Assembly (NCBI GenBank): GCA_964016885.1
Contig: OZ024740.1
Span: 297,724,001-297,788,000, forward strand
Direction of reading: 5' to 3'
Source: Eledone cirrhosa
Taxonomy: Eukaryota
DNA: 64,000 nt
Below the pieces are notes generated by a model. The model was not told the DNA's origin. It was given only the letters and a program-made list of their open reading frames with translations, and did no database searches. Shown piece by piece: positions 1-11,499 of this stretch (positions within the stretch are counted from its first letter, which is position 1; each line of letters begins with the position of its first letter). The position numbers were made by a program, and so were the translations under genes.

Positions 1-480
1 GGTGGTTGATCTCATTTGGGAGGCATGTCTGAGGAATCTGCCCTCACGACCCTCACAAGAAGAAGTGAGTTGACAAACTCTGCACTCGTAGCTGGGCGGT
101 ATATCTCATCTGCACCGTGGGGACAGGTATTGCTAAGGAGAATAGTCAGCGATACTCGTCTCATCCCCAATTTCACCTCCTCAGGTGGGATAGACTCCTC
201 CCGACGTTTCAGAAGAAAACCTCAGAAATGGTATCAGTGATGATGGTGGTGGTAGTAATGATCGTGGGGTGTTGATAATAGTGATGGTGGCGCGTAAAGC
301 GAGTGGGATGTGAATGTTCGTGTTAACTGTGGTAATGTTGGTGTTAGTTATATGGATGGTGGTGTAAGTAGGGTGGGGGGTGCTGGTGATCGTGTTAGCA
401 ATTGCGATAACTATAGCAATGGTGGTGGTCTTCGTTGAGGACGAGGAAGAGGAGGAGAAGGAGGTTGACTTGTATCTCAC

Positions 481-603
481 CTTTGCACTGTTTACCATCA
501 GGTTGTAGATAGAATCCATTTTGACAACCACAATCGTAGGAACCCGGTGTATTATGACATAAATGGTCGCATTCAGCTTCTCCGTTTACGCATTCATTAA
601 TAT
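481..603 (-). CDS. Coding exon 4 of a secreted EMI/EGF protein: calcium-binding EGF repeat (D)INECVNGEAECDHLCHNTPGSYDCGCQNGFYLQPDGKQCK
   Basis: cag acceptor at 604-606 and gtgag donor at 476-480; 123 bp, phase 1-1; cbEGF consensus D-I-N-E-C with 6 Cys and NTPGSY; gene continues past the left edge. Confidence 0.93.
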
Positions 604-879
604 CTGAACAATGGAATAACGGAGATATGTACGTCAAAAACTATTCAATACGTGGTATGTAAGCATTATATAAATACTTTTTCGATAAAGTCAAAATAGT
701 ATCATTAGATATTATTGGGTTTGTTTTTACTCTTTTGCTGGTTCCAGTCATTAGACAGTGGCCATGATGGGTCATCATTTTTTTACTTATTTCACTCATT
801 AGATCGCAGCCATGATGGGGTACTGTTCTTTCATTGGCTCCAGTATATGACTATGCTAGGACACTGTTCTTTTACTGCT

Positions 880-1092
880 TTCTAGCAGTAGAAGTTGAAA
901 AAACTGACGCTGCACACCAGGTCCGAACACAGAAGAGCCGAACTCCCACTGTCATCGCCTCCATCTCTTTCTCCCTCCCCATTTATCTCTATAATGAGTA
1001 AATGGAGTCCCACGTGCTGGCCGCCCCATGGCTTCCGGCGGACAGAATGGAGAAGGCGTTTCCCCGGAGGATGGTAAGGGAGATGCGCAGCA
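880..1092 (-). mobile_element. 3' end fragment of a CRE-like (REL endonuclease) non-LTR retrotransposon
   Basis: Translates to QRISLTILRGNAFSILSAG; similar to 49790-49890. Confidence 0.6.
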
Positions 1093-1209
1093 AAATATAA
1101 CAATACGATAGATCAGTAATGTAAAACGGTGTTCATTTTTTTTATTTTTATCTGAAACATAAAATTGAAATTAAAATCTTAACGAAATTTTTCACATTGG
1201 CTCATAATT

Positions 1210-2018
1210 TTTGCTATCGTCCAGTCATCTTTGTTGCAGTCGTCCAACCCATGCATAAGTGCACCGCTGTTTTCTTTTCAATTCGGAGAAGTAGTAGCTC
1301 TACTTTCTGACCTCCGAGCTACGCACTCTAATCCCGATTCGGCCTCTTGTATTCGCGATCGTATTCTTTCGTTCATTACTTAAGATTCATGACCATAGGT
1401 AATGGTTGGCACGAATACCAAATTAAAGTTAGTGAGTTTGACTTTTACGCCTACCTCACTTCTTCTGATTACCGAATGCTGAAACTGGTGAATTACTGCA
1501 CCAGCTCCTGTCATTTTTGCACTTAATTTAGCCTCCCGCCTTCCATCACTCGTGAACACGAGATACTTGAACTTCTCTACCTGTTTCAGTAGAATTCCAT
1601 TCACGTGTAGAGTGCACTGCGCAGGCTTCCTTGAGAAGACGAGTGTCTCAGTTGTCGCAGCACTGATTTTCATTCCATCCATGCAGCACTCGGCATCAAA
1701 CCTATCAAGTTTAAGTCGGAGATCACCTTCTGTTGATATAAGTAATACCATGTCGTCAGAAAATTCCAGCCGACTGATTCTATACCTGCCAGTCGTGATA
1801 CCACTTCCAACCCGGCTGCGCATGTCAATCCTGTTCATGAAAATAATGAACGGGGGAGGTAACAGTACGCACCCTTGGCGAAGTCCAACTCCCACATTGA
1901 ACGGTCTCGATTTAGCACCATTTATCTGAACACAATTACTCGAGCATTTGTATATAGACATCACGGCAGCAAGAAGCTGACCATCGATCCCATACTCCTG
2001 CAGAAACTTCCACAGCAT
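1210..2018 (-). mobile_element. Degenerate RTE-clade LINE, RT C-terminal part
   Basis: GLRQGCVL, FSDD (YADD-like), QVEKFKYL, PTITYGHES motifs. Confidence 0.85.
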
Positions 2019-2375
2019 ATTCAGCCGGCCATCAGATACGATGTGGCATGAAAAGAAGAAAGAAGAAATGGAAAAGTGATTTTTACGTCACCCTGTATAA
2101 AGTGTTGTACCCATTACTTTATTCTGTCTTTCGACCCCGATTCGGCTTTGATCAAAAACATTCCAACCATTACCATCTTGTTTATTTTCAGAATGTACCT
2201 AAGAGTATATCATTATTTAAACTTTTCGGGAGGTGGGATGAATGTTAGGATGTGATTTTAAGAAAAAATTGGCTGTTATTTCCAGCAAGTTGAACAACGA
2301 CATAGAGTTTATCATGCTGGCTTGAATTACTTCACGTAAGTCAGATATATAAAACATATATATAAATTATCTTAC

Positions 2376-2455
2376 CTATACATCCAGTTTCTAATGTTCC
2401 GTTCCATCCCCTGCAGCACTGATAACATGTGTCCGTTCGGTATTTGTAAGAGACT
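2376..2455 (-). CDS. Coding exon 3: C-terminal half of EMI-like domain VSYKYRTDTCYQCCRGWNGTLETGCI
   Basis: ctgcag acceptor, gtaag donor; 80 bp, phase 2 to 1, in frame with both neighbours; CCxGW EMI motif. Confidence 0.9.
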
Positions 2456-2487
2456 CTGCAGAATTCCAGAGCAAATGGTGATGATTT

Positions 2488-3130
2488 TTGGTTTAGGCAC
2501 AAGGTCAACAATATTTTGGGAAGGGGAAAGTCAAATTAAATCGATCCCAGTGCATTACTGGTACTTTATTTTATCGACCCCGTAAGGATGAAAGGCAAAG
2601 CTAACCTCGGTGGGATTTGAACTCAAACTGTAAAGGGACGTAACCCTATGCTACAAAGCATGCTGTCCGACGCTCTACCGATTCTGCCAATCTACCGCTC
2701 TAGCAAATAATAATTGTTTCTACTTTTGGCACAATATCAACAATATTTTGGGTAGGGGTAAGTCGATTAAATCGACCCCAGTGCATTACTGGTGCTTTAT
2801 TTATCGACTCCGTAAGGATGAAAGGCAAAGTTAACCTCAACGGGATTTGAACTCAGATGATAAAGAGCCGTAACTCTATGCTGCAAAGCATGGCGTCCGA
2901 CCCTCTACCGATACTACCAATCCACCACCCTGATATAAATAGCAAATAATAATTGTTTCTACTTTTGACACAAGGCCCGCAAATACCCAGTGCATTACTG
3001 GTACTTTATTTTATCGACCCCGTAAGGATGAAAGGCAAAGTTAACCTCGGCGGGATTTGAACTCAGAATGGCACGGGCCGTAACTCTATGCGTCAAAGCA
3101 TGGTGTTAGACCCTCTATCGATACTGCCGA
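2488..3130 (-). mobile_element. Three tandem copies of a tRNA-derived SINE (family 1)
   Basis: A-box TGGCAGTATCGG and B-box GAGTTCAAATCC on the minus strand; shared core gcctttcatccttacggggtcgataaaataaagtaccag; tail gtagaaacaattatt. Confidence 0.85.
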
Positions 3131-3199
3131 TACATATAAAGATGTAAATTTAGTATATGGTCGTAAATTATTAATAGTTTGATCATACCTCATTTTCAG

Positions 3200-3500
3200 T
3201 TAAATATACGAACCCCGTAAAGCTGACCCCCTCCGTAAAATTGAATCGATAGCAGCCCGTCTGAAGAAGGATCCCCGTGGGGTGAAGTGACTGATGCAGC
3301 GTCTGTCGCTGGCCATTGTCCGCGGAAATGCTCTTGCCATTTTGTCCGTGAGGCGCAGCCGAAACACTACTCTAACATAGGTGTAGAGTCTGTCACCCTC
3401 TCACCATCCCCTTTCTTTCTTCCTTTGTCTAGTAGTCCTTGCTCTTCCCCTCCTTTTCCTTTCATTTATGGTATTTTACAGTCTTTTTCAATGCTGCTTT
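3200..3500 (+). mobile_element. CRE-like retrotransposon 3' fragment
   Basis: DPRGVK*LMQRLSLAIVRGNALAILS matches the QRxSxAxxRGNA C-terminal motif. Confidence 0.6.
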
Positions 3501-3558
3501 CTTTTTCAATATATATATATATATAGATAGATATATAGATATAGATGTATATATATAT

Positions 3559-4240
3559 GACCCCCAGTAGACAACTGGTGAGGACCCCCCCCCCACCACC
3601 ACCACCACCGTTCTTGCTTTCTTCTTATTCTCACTCCATTTTAAGCTACCTTAACTAGCAACTACACAGCCAATCCTATTCTCCATATATTTTATCATGT
3701 TTCGCTGTGACCAGTCTTCTCTCTCCTTCTAAATACCTATTTCGTTACTATCTACTCTTACCCCTCTTTCTTCCTCTCCCTTTCTCCCTCTCACTTTCAC
3801 TCATCCTCTCTCTGCCAGCCACCTCATTGTTTCCCTCACCTGACCCTCTAGCAGACCTTTTCTCACTTACACTCGCTCAGGTCAGACGTGTCTTCTCGCT
3901 CGCCTATACGCTCTTGAACTTAAGTTCTCTTATCGCTGTGGTCTTGGATTTTCTTACCTTAAGTTGCTCGCACATTGCTCACTTTGTTGTTGTTTTTTTC
4001 GCCGTTTTCTCTTTTCTTCCCTTTTCCCTTCTATTTTCCTTCCCTCCCTCCTCCGTTTTTCAAATAACTTACCCAGTTATTGAACGCTCTAGGCGGTAGA
4101 TATCTTGTCTTTAAAGCGTGGAAATATCCGAGACCCCCAGTAGACAACTGATGAGGAACCCCCCACACACCTCCCCGTTCTTGCTTTTTTCTTATTCTGA
4201 CTCCTTAACTAGCAACTACACAGCCAATCCTATTCTGCAT
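3559..4240 (+). repeat. About 110-130 bp direct repeats (3559-3685 and 4133-4238) bracketing a pyrimidine-rich segment, between (TA)n tracts
   Basis: gacccccagtagacaactg...aactagcaactacacagccaatcctattct occurs twice. Confidence 0.7.
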
Positions 4241-4396
4241 ATATATATATATATATATTAATTCAAAATATTAATAAATATAAGTTGTAATAAAATGAAA
4301 ACGAAATTTCATTTCTCACTCTTAGTACGGCACTTACTTAAATGTAAGTATGTATGTATACGTACATACATATATGTATACAGACGTACAGTAGCA

Positions 4397-4438
<42 letters not shown>

Positions 4439-4589
4439 CAGGTACACATACATATATGTACGTATCAGTTTAGCGGACGCTTATTATAACGCCCGCTTTG
4501 TTCGTTTGTAAACAAACTGAACAGCCTGAATTTATGCCGTATGGTGTTTAGGCAACCACGTCACCTTTTTGTTCAACACTGACACAGGA

Positions 4590-4632
4590 ACGATGTACTA
4601 GTTTCAAGCTTGTTAGCTATCATCAGCACCGT
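4590..4632 (-). ncRNA. Type I minimal hammerhead ribozyme motif
   Basis: ACGGUG-CUGAUGA-U AGCU aaca AGCU U-GAA-ACUAGU-A-CAUCGU; 6-bp stem I, palindromic stem III. Confidence 0.8.
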
Positions 4633-4833
4633 ATACCCTTCTGCCAGATAGTTGAACGTTCGAAAGTATATACTTTCCTTATGATACGTACATATATGTA
4701 TGTGTACCTGTATGTATATATATGTATATATATATATATATATATGCATGCTACTGTACGTCTGTATACATATATGTATGTACGTATACATACATACTTA
4801 CATTTAATAAATATAGACATTCACGTAATCAAA

Positions 4834-4904
4834 ATATATTTTATTATATATATTTCGGAGGTACTATGTTGTTTTCTCAGTACGTCCTCATCAGATAAAA
4901 TATA
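4834..4904 (-). ncRNA. Type I minimal hammerhead ribozyme motif
   Basis: UAUAUUUUAU-CUGAUGA-GGAcGUACU...AGUACcUCC-GAA-AUAUAUAU-A-AUAAAAUAUA. Confidence 0.75.
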
Positions 4905-4982
4905 TAAATTGATGTATGACATACCTCAACTGTGCTGATGGTTAAATTCCAGTCTTGGCAGTGAACCTTGTTTAACTTTTAG

Positions 4983-5028
<46 letters not shown>

Positions 5029-5257
5029 ATTTGTAACTTAGGCACACTGCCCCTAATTTTGGTAGAGAAATCCAATTAAATCTACCCCAGTATTTGACTG
5101 GTGTTTATTGTTAACGTTTTGAAGGATAAAGAGAAGAAATATCGATTTGGAATGATATAGTTGTTTTAGATATTGGCCTTCTTTTGTTAACACACCTTTC
5201 GTCAATATTTTACGTAAGAACTTTTGTTGAGTTATGTTCCAAACACCACCTTAATAG

Positions 5258-5465
5258 TGGTTTCTAATTTAGGCACAAGGCCAGCAATTTGGGGGAAGGA
5301 AAATCAATTAAATTAACCCTACTGTGTTATTGGTATTTTATTTTATCAACCCCGTCAGGATGAAAGGCAAAGCTAACCACAGCGGGATTTGAACTCAGGA
5401 CGTAAAGGGCTATAACTCTATGCCGCAAAGCATGTTGTCCGACACTCTATTGATACTGCCAATTC
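5258..5465 (-). mobile_element. tRNA-derived SINE, family 1
   Basis: Same A/B boxes and core as 2488-3130. Confidence 0.8.
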
Positions 5466-6149
5466 ACTGTCCTACACCGCCTTAATAATGATTTCTAATG
5501 TAAAAATTAAAAAGAGTCCACTCTGAGAAGTGCGATGCTAAATTTGATATATTATGTGTAAAATTTGGGAAAAAGAATATGTTCGGATGTATGAGGTAAG
5601 TATGTAAATTGTTAAATGTAAGATGTGGGATTTGAAGTATGAAGTCTAAGATTTGAGATATGAGGTTTAAAATGAGAGTTACAAGGTGTGGAATGTGAGT
5701 TGTAACGTGAGAAATGGGGAGTGTGAATCTGAGGTTTGAAATATGTCGTGAAATGTGGGATGTGATGCAAGTTTGAAGTCTAAGGTTTGAGATATAAGGT
5801 TGAAAGTGGGAGTTGCAAGGTGCAGGATGTGAGATCTAAGTAAGAAATAGGAAGTGTGGAATCGAAGGTGGAAAATGTACGTTGTCAGATGTGAAATGTG
5901 AGGAAACAGATGAGAGATGTGAGGTCAGGTGGTGAAATGAAAGACTTAAGATCTAGGGATGAAATGAAGATGTGAAGTCGGGTAATGAAATGAGAGATGT
6001 GGGGTCGGGTGGTGAAATGAGAGACTTAAGATCTAATGGTTAAATTAGAGATTTGAGGTCGGGTGGTGAAATGAAAGACTCAAATGTGAGATCTAGTGAT
6101 GAAATGAAAAATGTGAGATGTGGGCTACAATATGAAACTGTTGACTTAC

Positions 6150-6251
6150 CTATAACGTTTACATCTTCTCCATGCCCACCAGCCACATTTTACTTCATAC
6201 GACTCCCGCACTGAATATTGCTTCTGACATTGGAATGGACATCTTCCATCA
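6150..6251 (-). CDS. Coding exon 2: N-terminal half of EMI-like domain DGRCPFQCQKQYSVRESYEVKCGWWAWRRCKRYR
   Basis: tacag acceptor, gtaag donor; 102 bp, phase 2-2; CGWWxWRRC motif typical of EMI domains. Confidence 0.9.
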
Positions 6252-7138
6252 CTGTACAAAAAATGAATTATAACCTAGTTACATTTTTTTACGTTTTTAT
6301 TCAGCCACACGTTGGCAAAAGAGAAGAAGGATATTATCTTCCTCGAAAGATACAAGCCAAAGCTTGAACTCAAAATCAAAACGAAAGTGGGATGAACAGT
6401 ATGAGTGAATGACAGGATGTCCCATTCTGAAGAAATTGTTCTGTTTCCTATGGCTGTTATTTTGTCAACATAAGAACTAATGAACAACTACCAGCTACTT
6501 CGATTTGAACAATTTGATTACAGTTTTGGAAAGACACAAAATATCTCAGAACTATCTGAATTCCGTAATTGCACTGAAAACATTTGGCCAACAATGATTC
6601 TGACCATACCTATCAAATTTCTTCATTAAAACAAGTAAATAATTATGAGGTGTTCTCAAAGTGAAGGAAGATTAAGTAATTTGGTTTTCATTTCCATGAG
6701 ACCTTTTCAAGAAGATGAAGGTAAAGCATGATACTGATACGTTTTTATAGCAAAGTAATCAATGAATTTGCCAAAAAGAAATGAAGGATTGAACTGATTT
6801 ACAAATAGATTTTAAATATCTCATTATTTGAAGGTCTTATTATTTTTCTGATTTCTCATGTAAGCAATAACGGCCATCGTGGCAGGTACATAACCAGGGT
6901 GTTATTAATGGGCAGACAACAAGTGCAGTGGAGGGAGGTATCAAGCTCGAAGCGTGACATGTTTGTAGAAGTACATTTTCTCACATTAGAATTAGTTTAT
7001 ATCACATTCACAGATGAAAGGGTTGAATAATATTCCGGAGTAGGGGGGGGGGATAAGGCTCCACTTCCCCACTCACCATCATGGCCATTGGCCTGCATCA
7101 TGAACTGCATACCCTGCTTTCCAAGTCACCCTTCGCCA

Positions 7139-7184
<46 letters not shown>

Positions 7185-7245
7185 GAAGTAATTCCGTCGG
7201 AAAGGTCCAGGAAAAGAGAGTGCTCTATGTAGGTTACAGAGCTTA

Positions 7246-7545
7246 ATAGTTATGTAATAAACAACATGAGGCAATTATTTCATTTACCAGTGGTTTCTTG
7301 AAAGCAAACAAATTTTGCTTTCAATCATCAGAATGAAAAAATCCTGGTGTATTTATTGACATTGGATTTTAAAAACAAAAATATAATCTATATCTAGATA
7401 TAGATTATATTTTTGTTTTTAAAATCCAATGTCAATAAATACACCAGGATTTTTTCATTCTGATGATTGAAAGCAAAATTTGTTTGCTTTCAAGAAACCA
7501 CTGGTAAATGAAATAATTGCCTCATGTTGTTTATTACATAACTAT
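7246..7545. repeat. 300-bp palindrome carrying a hammerhead motif in each arm (7278-7338 minus, 7453-7513 plus)
   Basis: Arms are reverse complements around centre 7395/7396; UUUCAUU-CUGAUGA-UUGAAAGCAAA...UUUGCUUUCAA-GAA-ACCAcUGGU-A-AAUGAAA. Confidence 0.85.
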
Positions 7546-8010
7546 ATATATATATATATATATATAATCTAATCTGAGTTTTTCGAATAATAATAATAAT
7601 ATTCGATTCGTTTGCAATTATGCAAACGAGCCTCATTTTTAAGGCCATGTCAGTAGAATGAGCCCCTCATTCTTGCTCTTCTGTTGGCATGATTTTTTTA
7701 AATATAAAATGTGTGTGTGTATGTGTGTGTGTGTGTGTGTGTGTGTTAGGTAATTCCGAAGGAAAATCAAAGAAAAAAATAGTGCTCTATGTATAGAACA
7801 AACCTATTTAATTAGAAAATGAACAGTACAAATTGTAAATACTCCATTACCAAAGGAAACCTTTGGTAATGGAGTAGTTATATTTTGTGACAGCAGCCGT
7901 CATGGGGCACCTTCTTAAAGACGATCATATCGAACCTCACACCAGAGTTAACAACAAAAATCACATCAAATCTGTGGAAGAACCAGCCAAATACAAAAAA
8001 TGACTGAAAT

Positions 8011-8082
8011 GTTTCATCTGATGAGCGTACTGGACGTTTCTGTTAAGATCGTCTAGTTTCCTGAAACCTTAGGTAATGGAAT
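8011..8082 (+). ncRNA. Type I hammerhead motif, same family as 7453 and 53433
   Basis: GUUUCAU-CUGAUGA-..ACUGGACG...CGUCUAGU..-GAA-ACCuuaGGU-A-AUGGAAU; a truncated fold-back of the same stem III lies at 7841-7875. Confidence 0.65.
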
Positions 8083-8267
8083 AATTATATTGTGTTGTTT
8101 ATTATAAAAATAAATTATATATATAACTTGACGGTACCGTCTGCATGATTCGAACCACGTACATGCTGTATACTAGACATTGATTCAAAACTACTATAAG
8201 ACGACCCAACAGATTTTTGACATCAAATTTGGCGTTTCTAGAGCACTTTTTAAACCTAGCAGAGCCC

Positions 8268-8693
8268 ATCTCCTCTCCAGGTCTGAATACAGCAGATTTC
8301 TTTCAGAGAAGGATATTAAGGTATCAATTCGTTAACCAGTAGCGTGTTGTGTGCTTAAGCAAGTTTATTTTGCTTGCCCCAGTCGAATCAGTTGGCAAAA
8401 ATGAGCTGATGGTCATGATGATGATGATGATGCTAATTCTAATGGTGATGATGATTACTTTGATGGTGATGGTGATGGTGGTCAGGATGATAATGATGGT
8501 GATGTAACACACTGGGCCGATTTAATCGACTTTCCCCTCACCCCAAATTGCTGGACTTCTCCTCTCCAGGTCTGAATACAGCAGATTTCTTTCAGAGAAG
8601 GCTATTAAGGTATCAATTCGTTAACCAGTAGCGTGTTGTGTGCTTAAGCAAGTTTATTTTGCTTGCCCCAGTCGAATCAGTTGGTAAAAATGA
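8268..8693 (+). repeat. About 135-bp direct duplication (8268-8404 and 8558-8693) within a SINE-like repeat
   Basis: tcctctccaggtctgaatacagcagatttc...cagttggNaaaaatgag occurs twice. Confidence 0.8.
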
Positions 8694-9225
8694 GTGGTAC
8701 GTATAATTCTAAGGGTCAGCCATGTCCCACAATGTGTCACGCTGGATGTTCCTGAGAACTACTCTAAGGGTACACATGTCTGTGGAATGTTCAGCCACTC
8801 GCATGCTAATTTCACGAGCCAGTTGTTTCGCTGATTAAACAGATGTACATAGATATATAGGTGTGTATGCGGATGTATGTTTATGTGTGCGTGTTTGTGT
8901 GTTTGTGTATGTGTGTGCGCGGGTGTGTGTGTGCATTTTTGTGTGTGGGTTTATGCGTGCATGTTTGTGTGTATGTGTGTGTTTGCGTGTATGTGTAAAT
9001 TTGTGTGTTTGTGTGTGCGTCAGTGTGTGTATGTGTGCGCACGCGCTAGTCCTGCGTCGGTTTCGATGAAGAGAATTCCAGTTGCTGACCAATGAAACTG
9101 CCTGTTCGTGAAATTAATGTGCGAGTGGCTGAGCATTCCGCAGTCATGTACGCCTATAACGTAGTTAAGTGTATGTGCATATGTATGTGGTTGTATATGT
9201 GTATGTTCTTATAATAAATAAATAA

Positions 9226-9277
<52 letters not shown>

Positions 9278-9411
9278 TTCGTTTTTTTATTTCTTTTGCA
9301 AGATTTCTTATCTCAAAACGTCGGTTGAAGTAGATATTGTTATAATTTGGGAGGGTCATGATGCCAATAAAAAAGATGCATCTGTTGATTTTCTCTTCAA
9401 TTTATTATAAA

Positions 9412-10607
9412 CTAGCAGCAGTACCCAGCGTTGCCAGGGTAGGTAAAATAATATCTGCTTTGATGAAAAGGTATTGATCTTAACGACTGCTTCTCGATGA
9501 TTCATCTATGGCCACACATAGGCCATGCGGGGGGGGGGGGGGAGTGATGACCTCTATCACTGAGAAATATGGGTGACTGACGAAGGGGCATACTGGAGGA
9601 GGGAGGTAATGACCTCTAACACTAAGCCAAATTTCCTCACGCTACTTGATTGGAAACCGATGAATTCTCAAATACACATCTAAAAGCTCAGACGACGTCA
9701 GGGGCCATCGTTTTGCCTCTGACCATCTATAAGATGTGCAATGTTAGGTTCTATCGTAGTATAAAAGTTGAACCAAATAAATTGATTTATGTGTGAGGTG
9801 GAGCCGAAGTTTCGAATTTGAACGAAATCGGTTGAAAAATGTGGGAGCTAATGATAGGTCACCGTCCCTGAACAAAAAATGCAAAGTGTAAAGCTACTAT
9901 AAGATGTGCAATTATAGGTTCTATCGTAGTATAAAAGTTGAACCAAATAAATTGATTTATGTGTGAGGTAGAGCCAAAGTTTCGAATTTGAACGAAATCG
10001 GTTGAAAAATGTGGGAGCTAGAGCCGAAAGGGCGGAAATTTAAGCGAAAAAGTGGTATTTTCGAATATTTAAGCGGCTGCCACGCCGTTCCTGAACAAAA
10101 AATCCAAAATGTAAAGCCACTTGAAGACGTGAAATAATCAGATCTAGCGTAGTGTAAAATTTCAACAAAGTAGGTTGATTAATGTGGGAGCTAGAGCCGA
10201 AATTTGAGTCTAAAAGTGGTATTTTTTAATATTTAAGTGGCTGCCACGCCGTCCCTGAACAACAAATGCAAAATATTTACAGGATGTGCAATGATGTGCA
10301 ATGATAAATTCTATTTTGCTTTAAAATTTGAACGAAATCGGTGGCAAAATGTGGGAGCTAGAGCCAAAAGTCTTATTTTTCGATACCTAAAAAAAGGTGA
10401 CCCCCCCCCCCCTATCGATTTTTATCTGCAGAATGACCCCCGGAATAAAAAAAAAAACGATATGCTGATATATAAAAAACACTCCCCGATGAGTAATCTA
10501 TGAGCCTGTAAAGTTTCATGAAAATCGGTCGTAAGATGTAGGCCCCTATAGGTAATACACAGACACACAGACACACACACACATACTTAATTTTATATAT
10601 ATACAGA
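9412..10607 (-). mobile_element. Non-autonomous Helitron
   Basis: 5' TC, 3' subterminal hairpin (accctggcaacgctgggt) then CTAG, inserted between A and T with no TSD; internal ~170-bp tandem duplications. Confidence 0.8.
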
Positions 10608-10844
10608 TTTCCGATTGGTTGGTTCAATGACCGGATGTTTGTTTATATATTGTCAAGCTCTTTCGTCACACATTCTGTTTCTTCCTCAGTGACAGATTTC
10701 TTATTTTGTGTCTCTTCTTTCAGTCACTGAGGTGGTCACAGGATGTAAGACGAAAGAGCTTTAACAATATATAACAAAGTATGAAAATGCTTTTTTCAAA
10801 ACGTTTTCAGATAAGAAATCTTGCAAAACAAATTAAAAAACGAA

Positions 10845-10920
<76 letters not shown>

Positions 10921-11133
10921 TATACACAATATTAAAATTTGTCATGAATATACATAACATCTCAATGAAAAGAGAGGTAAACATATATATAAATATCTTA
11001 TACATATCACTGATATCATTGACGGGTCGATAAAATATCGATGCCTAGGGATATATAAAACCTCAGGCTCCGTTTGTTAAGTTGCTTGAGATTTTATTTA
11101 TCGACCTGTCAATGATATATATATATATATATA

Positions 11134-11285
11134 TGAAAAGATTCAAGACCACGATGGCTGATCACCGGCCGTTTCGACAGTTAGATCGGAACTAAAGTGC
11201 CAGTATTCGATCCTGGCGCTTCAGTTCGGATCTAGCTGTCGAAACGGCCGGAGATCAACCGTCGTGGTCTTGAATATTTTCATAT
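11134..11285. repeat. About 150-bp fold-back containing the GAAACGG..CCGUC (stem III) half of a hammerhead; a second IR lies at 11012-11118
   Basis: atgaaaagattcaagaccacgatgg...ccgtcgtggtcttgaatattttcat; tail resembles 22160-22230. Confidence 0.7.
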
Positions 11286-11344
11286 TACCCACTCTTATAC
11301 CCCTCTGGTGACTTATAGTCCACCTGGTATTTTACTACACCCTA

Positions 11345-11393
<49 letters not shown>

Positions 11394-11499
11394 GGTAATA
11401 AAACGGGAGGTTATATCCGAAGTTGGTAGAGCACTGAGTCAAAAGGATGAGTTCGCGTACCCTCGAATATCATTTGCTGATTTGTTATAGAACTAACTC

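Noticed and set aside
1-235. 74-aa ORF at the window start
   Set aside because: No domain support; the minus strand weakly resembles a decayed LINE RT segment within an intron.
3258-3295. CTGAAGA..GAAG hammerhead-like string
   Set aside because: Lies in CRE coding sequence; lacks GAAA and stem I.
4120-4185. CTGATGAG hammerhead core in the 3559/4133 repeat
   Set aside because: No GAAA follows the potential stem II, and the other copy reads CTGGTGA.
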